A DNA stretch of 64,000 bases from an uncultured Acidobacteriota bacterium. Lineage in GTDB: Bacteria > Acidobacteriota > Thermoanaerobaculia > Multivoradales > SZUA-115. Position 1 is the first letter of the stretch. Every line of letters starts with the position of its first letter. Shown here in pieces: positions 38,978 to 48,481 of this stretch. The stretch spans positions 352,001 to 416,000 of the forward strand of contig CAWDVR010000002.1 of NCBI GenBank assembly GCA_963805975.1, in the 5' to 3' direction. A program made the position numbers and the translations under genes. Below the pieces are notes generated by a model that saw only the letters and a program-made list of their open reading frames with translations, was not told the DNA's origin and did no database searches.

Positions 38978-41803
38978 ATGGTGAGCGAGCATCCGTTTGC
39001 GCTGCGCCGGGCCGATCTGATCTGGCTCGTCGCCTCGGTGCTCGCCCTCGTCCCCTGCCTCTACTACCCCTATCGCTCGGTCGTCCCCCATCTCGGCTTC
39101 ACGCTGGCTCACGACTGGTCGGTGCGCGGCACGGAGCCCTGCCCGGCCGGGGAGAGCTGCCTCCAGGTGGGAGACCGCGTGCTCTCGATCGGCAGCGTGA
39201 GCCTCGAGCAGTTCTCGGCGAGCCGCACCCTGAGCCCGTTCGGCGCCTTCGAGAAGCCGGGCACGGTCGAGGTCCGGGTGCTGCGCGACGGCCGCGAGCA
39301 GGACCTCGAGCTCAAGACCCACCCCAGCCTGGCCGGCCTGCAGCGCATCGACGCCCTGATCGTGCTCTTCCCGTTCGTCTTCTGGCTGATGGGCACGGTG
39401 GTGATCATCTTCCTGCGGCCGAGGGACGAGCGCTGGCTGGTGCTGATGCTCTTCCACTACGTGACGGCGGTGTGGTTCGCCGCCGGGCTCGCGTCGTCCC
39501 GCCAGCTCGGCGGGGCCGGCCTCGTCTTCCACCTCTTCGTCTGGTTCTTTCCGCCGCTCGCCGTCCACCTGCACCTGATCCTGCCCGCGCCCCTGGTCTG
39601 GAGCCGCCGCTGGCGGGTGCTGGCGCCGCTCTACGCGGCGTCCGTGGTCTTCGCCGCGCTCGACCTGCTGCAGCTCCTGGGCGAGCTGCGCTACCTCTAC
39701 GTGCTGTGGTTCCTGGCCGGGCTGACGCTCGCCTTCGGCCTGCTCGTGGCACGCCTCTTCGTGCCCGCCTCGCCGGCGGCGCGCACCGCCACCCGCATCA
39801 TGCTCTACGGCGTGGCCGTCGGCTTCGGCCCGGTGCTCGTGTTCCTGATCCCCGCGACCCTGGCGCCGGACCTCCTGGCGGCGCGGCCGGACCTGGCCTC
39901 GGTCTGGCCTCTGTCGCTCGCCATCTCGCTGGTCGCGATCCCCATCCTGCCGCTGTCGTACTTCTACGCCATCTACAAGCACCATCTCGGCGCGCTCGAG
40001 TTCCGGGCCAACCGTCTGCTCGGTGTCTACAGCTTCTTCTCGCTCTACATCGCCTTCTACGTGGTGGCCCTGTTCCTGGCCCTCCGGAACTGGGGAGCGG
40101 TCGACAGCCGCGCGCTGGGCGCGACCCTCGCCATCTCGCTGGTCTTCGTGTCCGTGGCGCCCTTCCTGCGCAACCGCTTCCAGGCCCTGGTGGACCGCCA
40201 CGTGTTCGGCATCCGTCACAGCCCGGAGGAGGTGGTGCGGCTGGTGGCCTCGAAGATCCCCACCGCGTTCAACCGCGCGGTCCTGGCGCAGGTGGTGGTC
40301 GAGGAGATTCTGCCCACGCTCCTCATTCGGCAGTCGGCCCTCCATCTGTTCACCGACGACGACACCGAGACCCTCTACGAGCAGGGGCTGGCGGAGGAGA
40401 CGAGACGACCTACGCCGGAGGAGCTGCGGCTGCTGCTCCACCGGGCGGGCCGCTACCTGCCGCCGGCGCAGGCCGTGGCCTCCCAGCCCTGGGCGCGGCT
40501 CGCGATCCCACTCGGCATCCAGGCCGAGGCGATCGGCGTCTGGCTCTTCGGGCGGCGCGACCCGGACGACCACTACCCGGCGGCCGACATCCAGCTCCTC
40601 TCGACCGTCGCCAACCAGATCGCGCCCATGCTCGAAAACATCCGGCTCTACGAGCGGGCGCAGCAGGAGATCGCCCAGCGGCGAGCCGCCGAGGAGGAGA
40701 TCCGGGCGAGCCGCGAGCGCTACCGCAACCTCTTCGAGGCCACGCTCGAGGGCATCGCCATCGTCAAGAACGGAGTCATCCTGGAGGTCAACCAGGCGCT
40801 GCTCGGGATCTTCGGCTACGCCCCCTACGACCTCACCGGGCGGGCGCTCTCGACGCTGCTGGCGACCGACGAGGCGACCCTCACCGCCGAGCCCAGGGAG
40901 GGCACCGGGGAGAAGCGGGACGGCAGCTCGGTGACGCTCGAGATCGCGGCCCAGAAGTACGTCTTCCAGGGCGAGGACGTGACCGTGGTGGCGGTGCGCG
41001 ACATCGAGCGCCGCAAGCGCAACGAGGAAGAGAACCGCCACCTCCAGCGCCAGCTCCTCCACTCGCAGAAGATGGAGGCCATCGGCCGGCTGTCGGCGGG
41101 GGTCGCCCACGACTTCAACAACTGCCTGCTCGCCATCTTTGGCTTCAGCGATTTCCTGCTGGCGCGCGCCGGCAACGACGAGCTCCTGCTGCGCGGCCTC
41201 TCCGGCATCCGCGAGGCGGGCGAGAAGGCCGCGGCGCTCACCAAGCAGCTCCTGGTCTTCACCCGCCAGCAGCCCATGGAGCCGCAGGTGATGAGCTTGA
41301 ACGCCGTGGTCTCCGGCGTCGAGAAGATGGTGCGTGGCGTGCTGGGCGAGAAGGTGGACCTCGTCACCCGCCTGGCCCCGGACCTGCCCGACGTGCGCAT
41401 CGACCCGGTGCAGGTCGAGCAGGTGATCCTCAACCTGGCCGTCAACGCCCACGACGCCATGCCGCGCGGCGGCCGGCTGACCGTCGAGACCGAGCCGGTG
41501 GACCTGGCGGCCGGCACCACGCCCCACCCGGACCTCGCTCCCGGCCGCTACGCCCAGCTCACGGTTGCCGACACCGGAGAGGGGATGGACTTCGACATCC
41601 AGGGCCGGGTCTTCGAGCCTTTCTTCAGCACCAAGAAGCTGGGGGAGGGAACGGGCCTGGGGCTCTCGACCGCCTACGGCATCGTGCACCAGAGCGGCGG
41701 CCACATCACCGTGGCGAGCGCCCCGGGGCGGGGCGCCACGTTCACCATCTACCTGCCGGCGGCGGGCGGCGGGCTCATCCCAGCGCCAGCCGTGGCCCGG
41801 TGA
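38978..41803 (+). CDS. Membrane sensor histidine kinase: TM-PDZ-multiTM-GAF-PAS-HisKA-HATPase
   Basis: LQVGDRVLSI..VLRDG (PDZ-like), about 8-9 TM, HDFNN H-box, NLAVNA, DTGEG, FFSTK, GTGLGL; no receiver domain. Confidence 0.9.
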   Translation: MVSEHPFALRRADLIWLVASVLALVPCLYYPYRSVVPHLGFTLAHDWSVRGTEPCPAGESCLQVGDRVLSIGSVSLEQFSASRTLSPFGAFEKPGTVEVRVLRDGREQDLELKTHPSLAGLQRIDALIVLFPFVFWLMGTVVIIFLRPRDERWLVLMLFHYVTAVWFAAGLASSRQLGGAGLVFHLFVWFFPPLAVHLHLILPAPLVWSRRWRVLAPLYAASVVFAALDLLQLLGELRYLYVLWFLAGLTLAFGLLVARLFVPASPAARTATRIMLYGVAVGFGPVLVFLIPATLAPDLLAARPDLASVWPLSLAISLVAIPILPLSYFYAIYKHHLGALEFRANRLLGVYSFFSLYIAFYVVALFLALRNWGAVDSRALGATLAISLVFVSVAPFLRNRFQALVDRHVFGIRHSPEEVVRLVASKIPTAFNRAVLAQVVVEEILPTLLIRQSALHLFTDDDTETLYEQGLAEETRRPTPEELRLLLHRAGRYLPPAQAVASQPWARLAIPLGIQAEAIGVWLFGRRDPDDHYPAADIQLLSTVANQIAPMLENIRLYERAQQEIAQRRAAEEEIRASRERYRNLFEATLEGIAIVKNGVILEVNQALLGIFGYAPYDLTGRALSTLLATDEATLTAEPREGTGEKRDGSSVTLEIAAQKYVFQGEDVTVVAVRDIERRKRNEEENRHLQRQLLHSQKMEAIGRLSAGVAHDFNNCLLAIFGFSDFLLARAGNDELLLRGLSGIREAGEKAAALTKQLLVFTRQQPMEPQVMSLNAVVSGVEKMVRGVLGEKVDLVTRLAPDLPDVRIDPVQVEQVILNLAVNAHDAMPRGGRLTVETEPVDLAAGTTPHPDLAPGRYAQLTVADTGEGMDFDIQGRVFEPFFSTKKLGEGTGLGLSTAYGIVHQSGGHITVASAPGRGATFTIYLPAAGGGLIPAPAVAR

Positions 41804-42077
41804 TCCGCTCGCTCCGGCACTCGGGGCAGCGGCTCGGCGGGTGCAGGTGACGGGCCGCGCGCTCGCGAAACACGAAGCCGCACTCGGCGCACGCCGCGGG
41901 CTCGACCGTGAGCTTCCTGCCACTGCCCCGCGCGCTCTTCTCGAGGTGCCGCAGGTCCTCCGCCAGGAGCCCCACCGGCACCGCCAGCTCCCGCCGCAGC
42001 TCCTCGAACCCCCACAAGCCCATGGCGAGCATCTCGGCAATCTGCTGCCGGCGGGTGGAGGAGTCGGAGGTGGGCAT
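41775..42077 (-). CDS. HTH + Zn-ribbon predicted transcriptional regulator (COG3357-like)
   Basis: TRRQQI..L, DLRHLEKS, CAECGF..RCPECRSERI. Confidence 0.75.
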   Translation of the reverse strand: MPTSDSSTRRQQIAEMLAMGLWGFEELRRELAVPVGLLAEDLRHLEKSARGSGRKLTVEPAACAECGFVFRERAARHLHPPSRCPECRSERITGPRLALG

Positions 42078-42100
42078 GACGTGCAGCAGGAGAAGAGTGG

Positions 42101-42514
42101 CTAAACGCTTCCCCGTTCGACCACCCATTCCACAGGTTGGCGAGTGACCGAGGCGATGAGGTCGAAATCGCGGTCGTAGTGCAGGACGGTCAGGGCAGCC
42201 TGCTCACCGGCCGCCGCAATCAGCAGATCGTTGATCGGGACTCGGTGGTGGCCCGTCTTCGCGAGCTCCCGTTGGACCGAGAGTGCCCGCTCGAAGGTGC
42301 CCTCAGTCAAGGGGACCGACCTGTAGGCGAACTTCCGCCTCTGGCGGATGGCGTCGTAGTCGGCCAGGTTTCGGGCGCTGAAGAGAACCTCCAGGTCGAT
42401 CACCGCGCAGGTCGCCACCTGGCCGGTCTCGATCAGCGGTGCCAACCGCGCTTCGACCGCCGGAATCGTCATCCGCGCCAGGGCGCTCTTGTCCAGCAGG
42501 TACCTGGCGGTCAT
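42101..42514 (-). CDS. vapC: VapC-family PIN-domain toxin
   Basis: YLLDKSA, LEVLFSAR, NDLLIAA, LHYDRDFD. Confidence 0.88.
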   Translation of the reverse strand: MTARYLLDKSALARMTIPAVEARLAPLIETGQVATCAVIDLEVLFSARNLADYDAIRQRRKFAYRSVPLTEGTFERALSVQRELAKTGHHRVPINDLLIAAAGEQAALTVLHYDRDFDLIASVTRQPVEWVVERGSV

Positions 42515-42726
42515 CGCCGCCAGGCACCAGCCATCACCTCGGGGTCCGCGAGGTCCATGCCTCGCATCTCCTTGAGCGCTTCCACCTCGGCACGCCGGGC
42601 TTCCTGCCTCACCACCGCCAGGAAGGCCTCGTTGATCGTGTCTTTGATGCTTCCCGTGGTGAGGATTCGTTGAGCCTCGGCTAGCAGGTTCTCGTCGATC
42701 TCTACACTGGTCTTGCGAATGGCCAT
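42511..42726 (-). CDS. vapB: VapB-family antitoxin
   Basis: KTSVEIDENLLAEAQRIL.T..KDTINEA; ATGA overlap with the toxin. Confidence 0.85.
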   Translation of the reverse strand: MAIRKTSVEIDENLLAEAQRILTTGSIKDTINEAFLAVVRQEARRAEVEALKEMRGMDLADPEVMAGAWRR

Positions 42727-42822
42727 AGCGTCTCCGTTCCAGCGCCAGGATATCGCAGATCGTCACGCCGAGATATCGAGAGTGGCCGGATAGCGGCAAA
42801 GCCTCAGAGCACCGACTCTCTC

Positions 42823-45270
42823 CTACTCGCTCTTCAACGTAACCGCCGGGTCGACTCTCGTCGCCCGGTGGGCCGGAATGAAGCAGGCGACGAAGGCCAC
42901 GGCGAGGAGGAGACCGGCCACCGCGGCGTAGGTCGCCGGGTCGGTGGGGGCGACCTCGAAGAGCACTGTCCCGATGAGCTTCCTCGCCGCGAACGCGCCG
43001 GCGAGGCCCAGGGCCAGGCCGCAGGCAACGAGCGCGAGCCCCCGCGAGATGACCAGCTTGAAAACGCCGCCGGGCCGCGAGCCGAGTGCCATGCGCACCC
43101 CCACCTCGTGCCGGCGCTCTTCGACGGAGTAGGACAGCACACCGTAGGTGCCCACCGCCGCGAGGAGCAGGGCCACGGCGCCGAAGACGGCGACCAGGAG
43201 GGTCAGCAGGCGCGGATCGGAGACCGAGTCGGCTACCGCGTTCTCGAGCGTTTGCAGGTCCGCCACCGGGAGGGTCGGGTCGAGCTTCGCCACCTCAGCG
43301 CGCGCCGCGGCGGCGAGCTGCAACGGGTCACCCTGGGTGCGCACCACCACGTTGCGCGTGCGAAGAGAGAAACCGACCAGAGCCTGGGACTGCTCAGCAG
43401 AGAGATAGATCTCGGTTCCCGCCGGCCGCTGGATACCACCCTGCTTGACGTCGGCCACCACGCCGACCACCGTGAACCAGGGCGTATCGTCGCTGAACTC
43501 CGGCTGCAGCCGCTTGCCGAGCGGGTTCTCCCCCGGCCAGAAGACCTGCGCCAGGCGCTGGTTGACTACCACCACGGGGGTCGTCGACTGCGCGTCCTGG
43601 CGCTCCAGCACGCGGCCGGAGAGCAGGCGGATCTTCATCGTCTCGAAGTATTGCTGCGAGGCGAACTGGTAGTAGTCCACGTTCTGGATCGGGCCGTCCG
43701 GCGGGCCGGGCACGCCCTCGAAATTGGTGTCGTTGGCGTCCATGTCGCGCACCGGCGGCAGGCCGCTCATCGCCGCCGCCGCTTCCACCCCCGGCAGCGC
43801 CCGCAGGTTCTCGAGCAGCCGGTCGTAGAAGGCACGGGTGGCCACGCCATCGGCGTAAGACGATTGCGGCAGCGAGAGCTGGAAGGTGAGTGCCCCCTTG
43901 GGCTCGAAACCCGGATCGACCTGCTGCAAGGTCCAGAAGCTCTTGAGCAGCAGGCCGGCGCCGATCACCAGCACGAAGGCGAGCGCCACTTCCGCCACCA
44001 CCAGCCCGGCGCGGAACAGGCGCCGGCCGCGGCCGGCGGTCGAGCGCGTGCCTGCCTTCAGGCTGACGAAAAAAGTCCGCGCCCGCGCGTGGAGGGCCGG
44101 GGCCAGGCCGAAGAGCAGGCCGGTCGCGATCGCCACCGCCAGGGTGTAGGCGAGGAGCGGCAGGTCGAGGCCGACCGAGCTCACCCGCACCACGCTGCCG
44201 GGGTTGCCGGCCAGCACGGCGTTGACGCCCCACACGGCGACCACCACGCCGAGCGCCCCGCCGGCGAGCGAGAGCAGCACGCTCTCGGTCAGGAACTGCC
44301 GCGCCAGGCGCCCGCGGCCGGCGCCGAGCGCGGTGCGCACGGCCACCTCGCGCTGGCGCGCCTCGGCGCGGGCGAGGAGCAGGTTCGCCACGTTGGCGCA
44401 GGCGATCAGCAGCACCAGGCAGACGGCTCCCGCGAGGAGCAGCATCTTCGGCCGCGCGGCGCCGACCAGGTCCTCCTTGAGCGGCTGGAGGACCAGCGGA
44501 TGGTTCTCGGGGCTCGGCACGTGGGTGTCCGGCAAGTCGTCCCGCCAGCGCCGGACCAGACCGGCCAGCTCCTCTTTCGCCTGCGCCACCGAGACTCCCG
44601 GCCGCAGGCGGCCGATCAGGTAGAGGTAATGACTGCCGCGCCCGCCGGGGTTGGCCGGGTCGAGGGCGAGCGGCACCCAGGCTTCGACCCGTGCGTCCTC
44701 GACGTCGAAGCTCGCCGGCATGATGCCGACCACCGTGCGCGCCGTGCCGTCCACCTCGACCGTGCGGCCCACGAGGCCGGGGTCGGCGGCGAAGGACCGG
44801 CGCCACAGGTTCTCGCCGAGCACCACCACCGGCGGCGCGTTCGGTAGATCCTCCTCGGCGTTGTAGGGCCGGCCGGCCACGGGCTTGGCGCCCAGCGCCG
44901 TGAAGAGGCTCGCGGAGGCGATCGCGGAGCGCACCCGCAACGGCTCCTCGCGGGCGCCGATGTTGGCGGCGCCGGTGCGGTAGGCGCCGATCTCGAGGAA
45001 GGACTTGTTCCAGCGCCGGAGCTCGTCGTACTCCGGCGGCGAGATCCAGAAGTGAGTGAACTTCATGGTCGGGAACTGGCTGAAGATCGCCACCAGGCGC
45101 TCCGGCTGCGGGTAGGGTAAGGGCCGCAGCAGCACGGCGTGGACGACGCTGGCGATGGCGGCGTTGGCGCCCACCCCGATCGCCAGGGTGAGCACGATCA
45201 GCAGCGCCACGCCCGGGCGCCGAGCCCAGTGACGGAGGGCATAACGGACGTCTTGCAGCAGGTCGTTCAT
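42823..45270 (-). CDS. ADOP-type duplicated ABC permease (MacB-PCD/FtsX x2)
   Basis: LQDVRYALR, LLIACANVANLLLAR..R.RE, duplicated architecture, no ATPase neighbour. Confidence 0.9.
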   Translation of the reverse strand: MNDLLQDVRYALRHWARRPGVALLIVLTLAIGVGANAAIASVVHAVLLRPLPYPQPERLVAIFSQFPTMKFTHFWISPPEYDELRRWNKSFLEIGAYRTGAANIGAREEPLRVRSAIASASLFTALGAKPVAGRPYNAEEDLPNAPPVVVLGENLWRRSFAADPGLVGRTVEVDGTARTVVGIMPASFDVEDARVEAWVPLALDPANPGGRGSHYLYLIGRLRPGVSVAQAKEELAGLVRRWRDDLPDTHVPSPENHPLVLQPLKEDLVGAARPKMLLLAGAVCLVLLIACANVANLLLARAEARQREVAVRTALGAGRGRLARQFLTESVLLSLAGGALGVVVAVWGVNAVLAGNPGSVVRVSSVGLDLPLLAYTLAVAIATGLLFGLAPALHARARTFFVSLKAGTRSTAGRGRRLFRAGLVVAEVALAFVLVIGAGLLLKSFWTLQQVDPGFEPKGALTFQLSLPQSSYADGVATRAFYDRLLENLRALPGVEAAAAMSGLPPVRDMDANDTNFEGVPGPPDGPIQNVDYYQFASQQYFETMKIRLLSGRVLERQDAQSTTPVVVVNQRLAQVFWPGENPLGKRLQPEFSDDTPWFTVVGVVADVKQGGIQRPAGTEIYLSAEQSQALVGFSLRTRNVVVRTQGDPLQLAAAARAEVAKLDPTLPVADLQTLENAVADSVSDPRLLTLLVAVFGAVALLLAAVGTYGVLSYSVEERRHEVGVRMALGSRPGGVFKLVISRGLALVACGLALGLAGAFAARKLIGTVLFEVAPTDPATYAAVAGLLLAVAFVACFIPAHRATRVDPAVTLKSE

Positions 45271-45342
45271 CGGTCTCCGCTCCTGGGCGCCCACGGCGCG
45301 AGGGACTGTTTACCTCTTCAACGAATCAGGTAGTCGAAGGTT

Positions 45343-47814
45343 TCAACCCTCGCGCAGCGCCGCCAGCGGGTCCAGCCGAGCCGCGCGGCGGGCCGGCACC
45401 AGGTTGGCGACGAAGGCCACCGCGGCGAGCAGGGCCGCCGCTCCCAGGTACACCTGCGCTTCCACGGCGCCGAGGCCGAAGAAGACCTTCGACAGGGCCA
45501 TGGTGGCGCCCACCGCGGCCAGGAGGCCGATCCCCAGGCCGATGGCCACCAGCTTCAGGCCCTGGCCGAGCACCATGCGCACGAGGTCCGCGGGGCGGGC
45601 CCCCATCGCCTGCCGGATGCCGATCTCGCGCGTGCGGCGGCCCACGGCATAGGAGACCACCCCGTAGAGGCCCAGCGCCGCGAGCAGCAGGGCGAGCGCG
45701 CCGAAGCTGCCAAAGAGCACCGAGCCGAGGCGGGCCGGCGTCACCGTGTGGGCGATCGACCCCTCCATGCTCTGCGACTCCAGGATCAAGAGCTGCGGCT
45801 CGACCGCCAGCACCGCCTTGCGCAGGGTGGCGGCCAGCGTCAGGCCGTCGCCCCGGCCGCGCGCCACCAGGCTCGCCGAGGGCGTGTAGCGGCGGTCGCG
45901 CACGAAGTGGACGAAGGGCCGCGGCGGCTCCCCCACCGTGCGCACCTTGTGGTTGGCGGCGACCCCCACCACCTCGTAGAAGGGGCCCGCGGGCCCGAGG
46001 GTGGAGAAGCGCTTGCCGAGCGCCTCCTCGCCGGGCCAGAACTTCTCGGCGAAGGTCTGGTTCACCACGACTACCCGCTGGTCCTCGGCCACGATGTCGC
46101 GGCCGTAGAGGAGCGGCACGCCCAGGGTCTCGAAGTAGCCGGGGCTGACGTTGGTCACGTCGACGGAGACCCCGTCATCGTCGGGACCGGACGACTGGCC
46201 CTCGATGAACACTGCGGTCATGTGGTTGTTGAAGGTGAACGGCAGGCGCTCGGAGTAGGAAGCCGCCTCGACCTCGGGCAACGCCCGCACGCGCTCGATC
46301 AGGGTGCGGTAGAAGGCCTTGCCCTGCTCCTCGGTGTAGCGCACCGAGCCGAGGTCGAAGGTGACGAAGGCCAGCTTCTCCGGGCGGAAGCCCAAGTCGG
46401 CCGCGAGCGAGCGGCCCATGCTCCGGAGCAGCAGGCCCGCGAGCACGAGCAGGAACAGCGTCACCGCCACCTGCCCCACCACCAGCGCGTCGCGCAGCGC
46501 GAACCTGCGGCCCGCCTCGGCGGCGGCGCCCTCGGACTTGAGGCTCGCCACCAGGTTGGGCCGCGTGGCGCGGAGCGCCGGCGCCAGGCCGAAGAGCACC
46601 GCCGCCACGGCCGAGACCCCGAGCGTGAATAGGAACGCGGAAAGATCGAGCTGAAGGTCCAGCGCCAGCTTCACCGGGACCGGCGGCTGCCAGGCGCCGA
46701 GCGCCTCGTTCGCCCAGTAGGCCGCGAGCAGGGCGACCGCTCCCGCCGCCAGGGAGAGCAGCAGGCTCTCGGTCAGGAGCTGGCGCACCAGACGGCTGCG
46801 CGAGGCGCCGATCGCCAGCCTCACGCCGATCTCCTTGCGCCGCGCCGTGGCGCGCGCCAGGAGCATGTTGGCGACGTTGGCACACGCCACCAGCAGCACC
46901 AGCGCCACCACGGCCATCAGCACCGCGCCGGCCGGGCCGAGGCTCGAGTCCAGGGCGGGATGGATGCGCACTTTGTTGGTGGGGATCACGCTCACCCGGC
47001 GGCCCTCGTTGGTGGCCGGGTGCTCGCGTTCGAGGCGCGCCATCACCAGTCCGAGGTTGGCCCGCGCCTCCTCTGCCGTCACCCCGGGCTCGAGGCGGCC
47101 GGTGAGGAACATCCAGCGCCGGCCGCGCTGTTCGCGGCGGGTCTTGCCGGGCTCCGCCCCGGTCACGTCCTGCATGCCCACCGGCTCGACCTCCTCCACC
47201 ATCGCGCTCGGCACCCAGAGGTCGGGAGCGGCGCCGGCGGTCATGCCGTGGAAGCCTCGCGGAGCGACGCCCACGATGGTGAAGTCCATGCCGCGCAGGC
47301 GGAGCGCCTTGCCCACCGCGGCCGGGTCCGCGCCGTAGCGCCGGGTCCAGAAGCCGTGGGAGAGGATCACCACCGGCCGCTCCTTCTCGACCGTGTCCTC
47401 CTCCGCCAGGAAGGCGCGGCCCAGCACCGGCCGCACCCCCAGCACGTCGAAGTAGTTGGCCGTCACCACCTCGCCGAAGGCGAGCTCCGAGGCGTCGTCG
47501 CGCGACAGCGCCGCGAACATCAGGCTGTGGCCGGCCAGGCCCCGGAGCACGCCGTTGCCGGCCTGGAGGTCCAGGTAGTCGAGGTAGGAGGTGGTGGAGT
47601 AGGCGCTGCTCTGGCCGTCGTTGGTGTAGATCGATACCAGCTCGTTCGGCTTCTCGACCGGCAGCGGCCGCAGGAGCACGGAGTTGACCAGGCCGAAGAT
47701 CACCGTGTTGAGGCCGATGCCGAGCACCAGAGACGCCACGGCCGCGGCGGTGAAGCCCGGCCGATCCCGAAAGCCCCGCAGGGCATACCGCAAGTCCTTG
47801 AGCAGGGTCTCCAT
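45343..47814 (-). CDS. ADOP-type duplicated ABC permease
   Basis: LKDLRYALR, LVACANVANMLLAR..RRKEIGVR, RRTREIGIR. Confidence 0.9.
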   Translation of the reverse strand: METLLKDLRYALRGFRDRPGFTAAAVASLVLGIGLNTVIFGLVNSVLLRPLPVEKPNELVSIYTNDGQSSAYSTTSYLDYLDLQAGNGVLRGLAGHSLMFAALSRDDASELAFGEVVTANYFDVLGVRPVLGRAFLAEEDTVEKERPVVILSHGFWTRRYGADPAAVGKALRLRGMDFTIVGVAPRGFHGMTAGAAPDLWVPSAMVEEVEPVGMQDVTGAEPGKTRREQRGRRWMFLTGRLEPGVTAEEARANLGLVMARLEREHPATNEGRRVSVIPTNKVRIHPALDSSLGPAGAVLMAVVALVLLVACANVANMLLARATARRKEIGVRLAIGASRSRLVRQLLTESLLLSLAAGAVALLAAYWANEALGAWQPPVPVKLALDLQLDLSAFLFTLGVSAVAAVLFGLAPALRATRPNLVASLKSEGAAAEAGRRFALRDALVVGQVAVTLFLLVLAGLLLRSMGRSLAADLGFRPEKLAFVTFDLGSVRYTEEQGKAFYRTLIERVRALPEVEAASYSERLPFTFNNHMTAVFIEGQSSGPDDDGVSVDVTNVSPGYFETLGVPLLYGRDIVAEDQRVVVVNQTFAEKFWPGEEALGKRFSTLGPAGPFYEVVGVAANHKVRTVGEPPRPFVHFVRDRRYTPSASLVARGRGDGLTLAATLRKAVLAVEPQLLILESQSMEGSIAHTVTPARLGSVLFGSFGALALLLAALGLYGVVSYAVGRRTREIGIRQAMGARPADLVRMVLGQGLKLVAIGLGIGLLAAVGATMALSKVFFGLGAVEAQVYLGAAALLAAVAFVANLVPARRAARLDPLAALREG

Positions 47815-47878
47815 GTCCTCGCCGCCTTTCGAGTCGTTGCCCGCCCTACGGCGGCGGGGGGCGGCGGGTTTCAGGCGG

Positions 47879-48481
47879 CTACGGCGGCGAGCCCAGGTCG
47901 ATCTCTTTCAAGGCCTGCAAAGCCCGCTGCAAGCGCTCGATCTCGGCGAGCTTGGCGGCGAGGTCCTTGGAGAGGGTGGCGACCCGCGAGCGCAGGCTGG
48001 CGAGCTCGAGGGTGAGCTTCTCGCCGTTGGTGTCCGCGGTCTCGGCCTTTTCGCCCGCGGTGGCGATCCGCTGCTCGAGCTCGGCCAGGGCGCGCTCGCG
48101 GTCGGCCGCCGTGCCGCGTGCCGATTCGAGCTCGGCTTCGAGCCCGGTGAGCTCGGTTTCGTGCTCGAGGAGCACCCGGGCCGGCACGGCGTAGGGGCTC
48201 CGGGGAAAGCCCCAGAGCAGACGCTCGAGATAGCGCCGGGCCGCGGCCCGATCCTCGATGCCGGAGCCGGTGAGCGAGCGGCAGGCGGCGAGCCGGAAGA
48301 GCACGGCGTCGAGGTCCGGGACGCGCTTCACCTCTTGCAGCAACCGCTCGTAGGCGGCGACCGCGGACTTGCAGTCGCCCGCGGCGAGCGCCTGGTCCCC
48401 CTGCCGCGAGAGGGGGGTCGAAGCGCAGGCCAGGGCGCCGAAGGACAGGACCATGAGCACGGCCTGCGCGGCCGCCCTCAC
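47879..48481 (-). CDS. Lipoprotein with TPR and coiled coil (QseG/YfhG-like)
   Basis: GTGA overlap with the kinase; lipobox GALAC; C-terminal LQRALQALKEIDL. Confidence 0.68.
   Translation of the reverse strand: MRAAAQAVLMVLSFGALACASTPLSRQGDQALAAGDCKSAVAAYERLLQEVKRVPDLDAVLFRLAACRSLTGSGIEDRAAARRYLERLLWGFPRSPYAVPARVLLEHETELTGLEAELESARGTAADRERALAELEQRIATAGEKAETADTNGEKLTLELASLRSRVATLSKDLAAKLAEIERLQRALQALKEIDLGSPP

Noticed and set aside
42749-42777. Paired GATATC hexamers upstream of vapB as an operator
   Set aside because: Plausible TA autoregulation but too short to support from sequence alone.
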